Positions 54,948 to 56,899 of a stretch of 56,899 nt of DNA are shown here, piece by piece; positions within the stretch are counted from its first letter, which is position 1, and each line of letters begins with the position of its first letter. The stretch is taken from IMG/VR virus record IMGVR_UViG_3300010400_000024, positions 1 through 56,899 of that record; one strand, written 5' to 3'. Both the position numbers and the translations under genes were made by a program. Source of the stretch: a virus (lineage: Duplodnaviria; Caudoviricetes). Under the pieces are notes generated by a model, which was given only the letters and a program-made list of their open reading frames with translations, was not told where the DNA came from and did not search any database.

Positions 54948-55224
54948 TGTTGGTTCGCTTAAAGGCTTGTTGGCTAAAGAAGAAGAACGTGAAAAGAAAG
55001 AAACAGCCAACAAAATTCGTAATAAGAACTTCCCTACTGAACCGAGGGATTTCGATACTTGGTTTAAGCTACCTACTAGATTCGCTGACTGTCACCAGGC
55101 AGATGATTGTATTGATCCAAGGGTTGATAGGACTAAAACTGGACATACAATGGTAGCGATGGTAAATGGTAGTGAGATTTGTCGCTACTGTTTTCTTGCA
55201 GGAGCTAACAAAGTTTCTACATGA
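54892..55224 (+). CDS. hypothetical Cys-containing protein
   Basis: CHQADDC...ICRYC. Confidence 0.55.
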   Translation: MQEIIYSLRGLKVTQKPLDVGSLKGLLAKEEEREKKETANKIRNKNFPTEPRDFDTWFKLPTRFADCHQADDCIDPRVDRTKTGHTMVAMVNGSEICRYCFLAGANKVST

Positions 55225-55679
55225 AAGCGATTATCGGTCATATCGAGAAGGTCTACAATGCAATATTAGATCAAGCAACTGTTGAAGTTATTGATGGTAA
55301 CGAGTTGCATATTTACCGAGGGCAGATATCTAAGCTGTATGCTACCCTTGGTATTGCACAATCGTACTACACTGAGATATTTCAGCAGTTGGACGATCAG
55401 GGTTGTATCGTTATGCTTCAACGTGGTAGTAAAGGGGTAGACAGTGTTATCGTATGCCTCCATGAGCCGTCTGAGGCCGGATACCAGCCCCCGCGAGGGC
55501 CGAGGGACTTGACAAGCGCCGAGGACTTTGCTAATATGATCGAGGAACACAGATTGCTCGTTAAACTAGTAGGAGGTATGGATATCGTAGAAGCGTTTAG
55601 AGAGTTCGATAAGAGGTTGAAGCGCCTAGAAGATATACCGGGGCGCGAGAAGTTCAGTAAAACACAAACCGAAGTATAA
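55221..55679 (+). CDS. putative winged-helix protein
   Basis: ISKLYATLGIAQSYYTEIFQQLDDQGCIVMLQRG. Confidence 0.55.
   Translation: MKAIIGHIEKVYNAILDQATVEVIDGNELHIYRGQISKLYATLGIAQSYYTEIFQQLDDQGCIVMLQRGSKGVDSVIVCLHEPSEAGYQPPRGPRDLTSAEDFANMIEEHRLLVKLVGGMDIVEAFREFDKRLKRLEDIPGREKFSKTQTEV
55509..55537 (+). promoter_or_regulatory. early promoter (intragenic) for 55698 and RNA cluster 2
   Basis: TTGACA-N17-TAATAT with TG extension. Confidence 0.75.
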
Positions 55680-55697
55680 CTAAGGAGAGAATAGAAA

Positions 55698-56057
55698 ATG
55701 GCACAGGCAATTGACGCTCAGATGATTCAGGCACTTCTGTCGAAGCAGAAGAGTCGTGGTGATTACGATGCAGACCTTCGTGATTTCCTTTCGTCTGGTA
55801 ACGCTGGTGTAGAGATCGACCTGTCGAGTGGTCGTTTTGCTGGTAAGCGTGCGAAGCAGGTTAAGACTGGCTTCGACAATGCCCGTAAAAAGACTAACGA
55901 TCAGGGTCTTGTTCATCCGGGTGGTACTCTCGTTAAGGTCATTGCTATCAATGACAAGAACGATGATGAGGGTAATCCGAAGGGCGAGCAGGAAGAGCAT
56001 GTTTATCTCATCAATACTGCTCTGCTCGGTAGTGAAGAGGACGAAGCCGCAGCGTAG
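55698..56057 (+). CDS. small protein, paralog of 47640-47936
   Basis: AAGGAG RBS; shared motifs and acidic tail. Confidence 0.75.
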   Translation: MAQAIDAQMIQALLSKQKSRGDYDADLRDFLSSGNAGVEIDLSSGRFAGKRAKQVKTGFDNARKKTNDQGLVHPGGTLVKVIAINDKNDDEGNPKGEQEEHVYLINTALLGSEEDEAAA

Positions 56058-56112
56058 TATAGTAAGTTCCCTTGCAAAGGGAGAACATGGAGAGGGGCAC
56101 GAAAGTGCCTCT

Positions 56113-56209
56113 TTCCATATTAAGCCTCTGAAAAACGGTGTGATTAGTAAATCAGTTTGAACGGTAGCAAGTAAATACCGTTACGGTCACTCAGAGGCTT
56201 AATATGGAA
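56113..56209 (+). ncRNA. stem cassette 5
   Basis: 19-bp stem TTCCATATTAAGCCTCTGA/TCAGAGGCTTAATATGGAA; inner hairpins TGATT/AATCA and AACGGTA/TACCGTT. Confidence 0.7.
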
Positions 56210-56245
56210 GTATCCATAAAGTACGTAGCCGAAGTATAGGGCTAC

Positions 56246-56345
56246 CGGCACAGTGGGCACCTTAAGCAAGTGCGATAGTAGTGTTACGGGATAGTTACTC
56301 TGTAACAGCTTAAACTACTAGCGGGTTCGACTCCCGCAAGTGCCG
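56246..56345 (+). ncRNA. tRNA-like pseudoknotted RNA with canonical T-arm (not a decoding tRNA)
   Basis: CGGCAC/GTGCCG closing stem, GCAC/GTGC arm, TAGTAGT/ACTACTA arm, GCGGG-TTCGACT-CCCGC. Confidence 0.7.
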
Positions 56346-56373
56346 TTGTTATCACACAAGCAAAGGAAAAACG

Positions 56374-56454
56374 ATGAATGATCTACTAGATGTAATCATG
56401 TTCTTCGTAACAGTGGGAACGATTGTTCTCTTTGTTGTAGCTGTAACGCATTAA
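56374..56454 (+). CDS. single-TM peptide (26 aa)
   Basis: AAAGGA RBS; MNDLLDVIMFFVTVGTIVLFVVAVTH. Confidence 0.55.
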   Translation: MNDLLDVIMFFVTVGTIVLFVVAVTH

Positions 56455-56539
56455 CTCAGGTAAGATGGTATAGGATTCGATATCATATAAAAATCCTCAA
56501 AATTTTGAATTTGGAATCTGGTTAAAGAGGTTTAGAGAT

Positions 56540-56568
56540 TTGACAAGCGGTTAATTTTGTGCTACCCT
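56540..56568 (+). promoter_or_regulatory. promoter driving an apparently non-coding transcript
   Basis: TTGACA-N17-TACCCT with TG extension; AT-rich upstream element. Confidence 0.7.
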
Positions 56569-56575
56569 TATGGGT

Positions 56576-56673
56576 GCAGCGTCCCGGTTGGAAAGGCTGC
56601 TAGGAGGGTTAGCGTGGAACGTTCTTGTGTGAGGCGTATGAGCGTTAGCCCTCCTACTAAATAATCACACAAG
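56576..56673 (+). ncRNA. hairpin RNA whose loop is complementary to the TCACACAAG motif
   Basis: TAGGAGGGTTAGCGT/GCGTTAGCCCTCCTA; loop CTTGTGTGA versus TCACACAAG at 56665. Confidence 0.6.
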
Positions 56674-56679
56674 GCAGGC

Positions 56680-56785
56680 GTTAATGTTGCTTAGACTCCC
56701 TACTCTACACTTTGACCCTAAAGGGCTTGCGGCTAATAGGGATGAGATGGCGCATAGTGTAGAAGGGAGTCTAAGGAACATTAAC
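56680..56785 (+). ncRNA. stem cassette 6
   Basis: GTTAATGTTGCTTAGACTCCCT..TCTACACT / AGTGTAGA-AGGGAGTCTAAGGAACATTAAC with G.G. Confidence 0.75.
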
Positions 56786-56841
56786 TCCGTCGCAAAGTTA
56801 ATGTTCCGTAGCGAGACTACCCCCCGTAGTCTCTCTCCCCC

Positions 56842-56892
56842 GGCGGGTAAGATAGAGGTTCCCCTGAATCCATCTTACCCGCCAATTTTATT
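56842..56892 (+). terminator. probable intrinsic terminator
   Basis: GGCGGGTAAGAT/ATCTTACCCGCC followed by AATTTTATT. Confidence 0.55.
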
Positions 56893-56899
56893 GTATACA

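Noticed and set aside
49179-56345. Calling the two T-arm elements functional tRNA genes or tmRNA
   Set aside because: Neither has a canonical 7-bp acceptor stem plus anticodon arm. There is no CCA end or tag reading frame.
47954-56785. Cassettes as a CRISPR array or as MITE-like mobile elements
   Set aside because: Arms are inverted, not direct, repeats. They vary in sequence while keeping pairing with G-U wobbles, and no cas or transposase gene or target-site duplication was seen.
1-56899. Stop-codon reassignment suggested by frequent TAG
   Set aside because: All core genes are intact in the standard code and several end in TAG.
56880-56899. Circular join or terminal repeat with position 1
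   Set aside because: No terminal overlap visible and no convincing start for the Rpf ORF across the junction, so completeness cannot be established.

Overview
The window is a near-complete or complete ~57 kb tailed dsDNA phage genome of siphovirus type. No integrase or repressor cassette was recognised. The host is probably an actinobacterium; this is an inference from an Rpf-type transglycosylase, a ReqiPepy6-gp37-like tail protein and SigA/HrdB-type TTGACA-N17-TAnnnT promoters. Layout: (1) 1-16.1 kb, + strand, DNA metabolism: SNF2-type helicase, PD-(D/E)XK exonuclease, Sak4-like ATPase, DUF669 SSB, primase-helicase, UDG-fused PolA, RuvC-like resolvase. (2) 16.2-45.9 kb, - strand, lysis and morphogenesis: holin, CHAP endolysin, tail genes, tape measure, frameshifted chaperone, major tail and capsid proteins, Mu-like protease/portal, terminase, and a block of extra virion-like genes upstream of terminase. 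(3) 46-56.9 kb, + strand, early region of small unknown ORFs. The most striking feature is in the early region: at least six long RNA stems (47954-48059, 49141-49251, 49406-49566, 49713-49865, 56113-56209, 56680-56785). They differ in sequence but keep their pairing and share a UGCNU/(U/A)GGA core, usually with a G.G mismatch. Each encloses a different 45-120 nt structured cargo (H-type pseudoknot, kissing-loop RNA, anticodon-less mini-tRNA). Every stem also has a flanking fold-back sequence that ends exactly where a staggered RNase III-type cut would fall. More pseudoknotted or T-loop RNAs and small membrane peptides lie between them, and both RNA clusters sit directly behind one of two paralogous small proteins. 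I interpret this as a possibly undescribed phage system that excises an arsenal of small structured RNAs, perhaps decoys against host defence. All structures were folded by eye; no database search or folding program was run.
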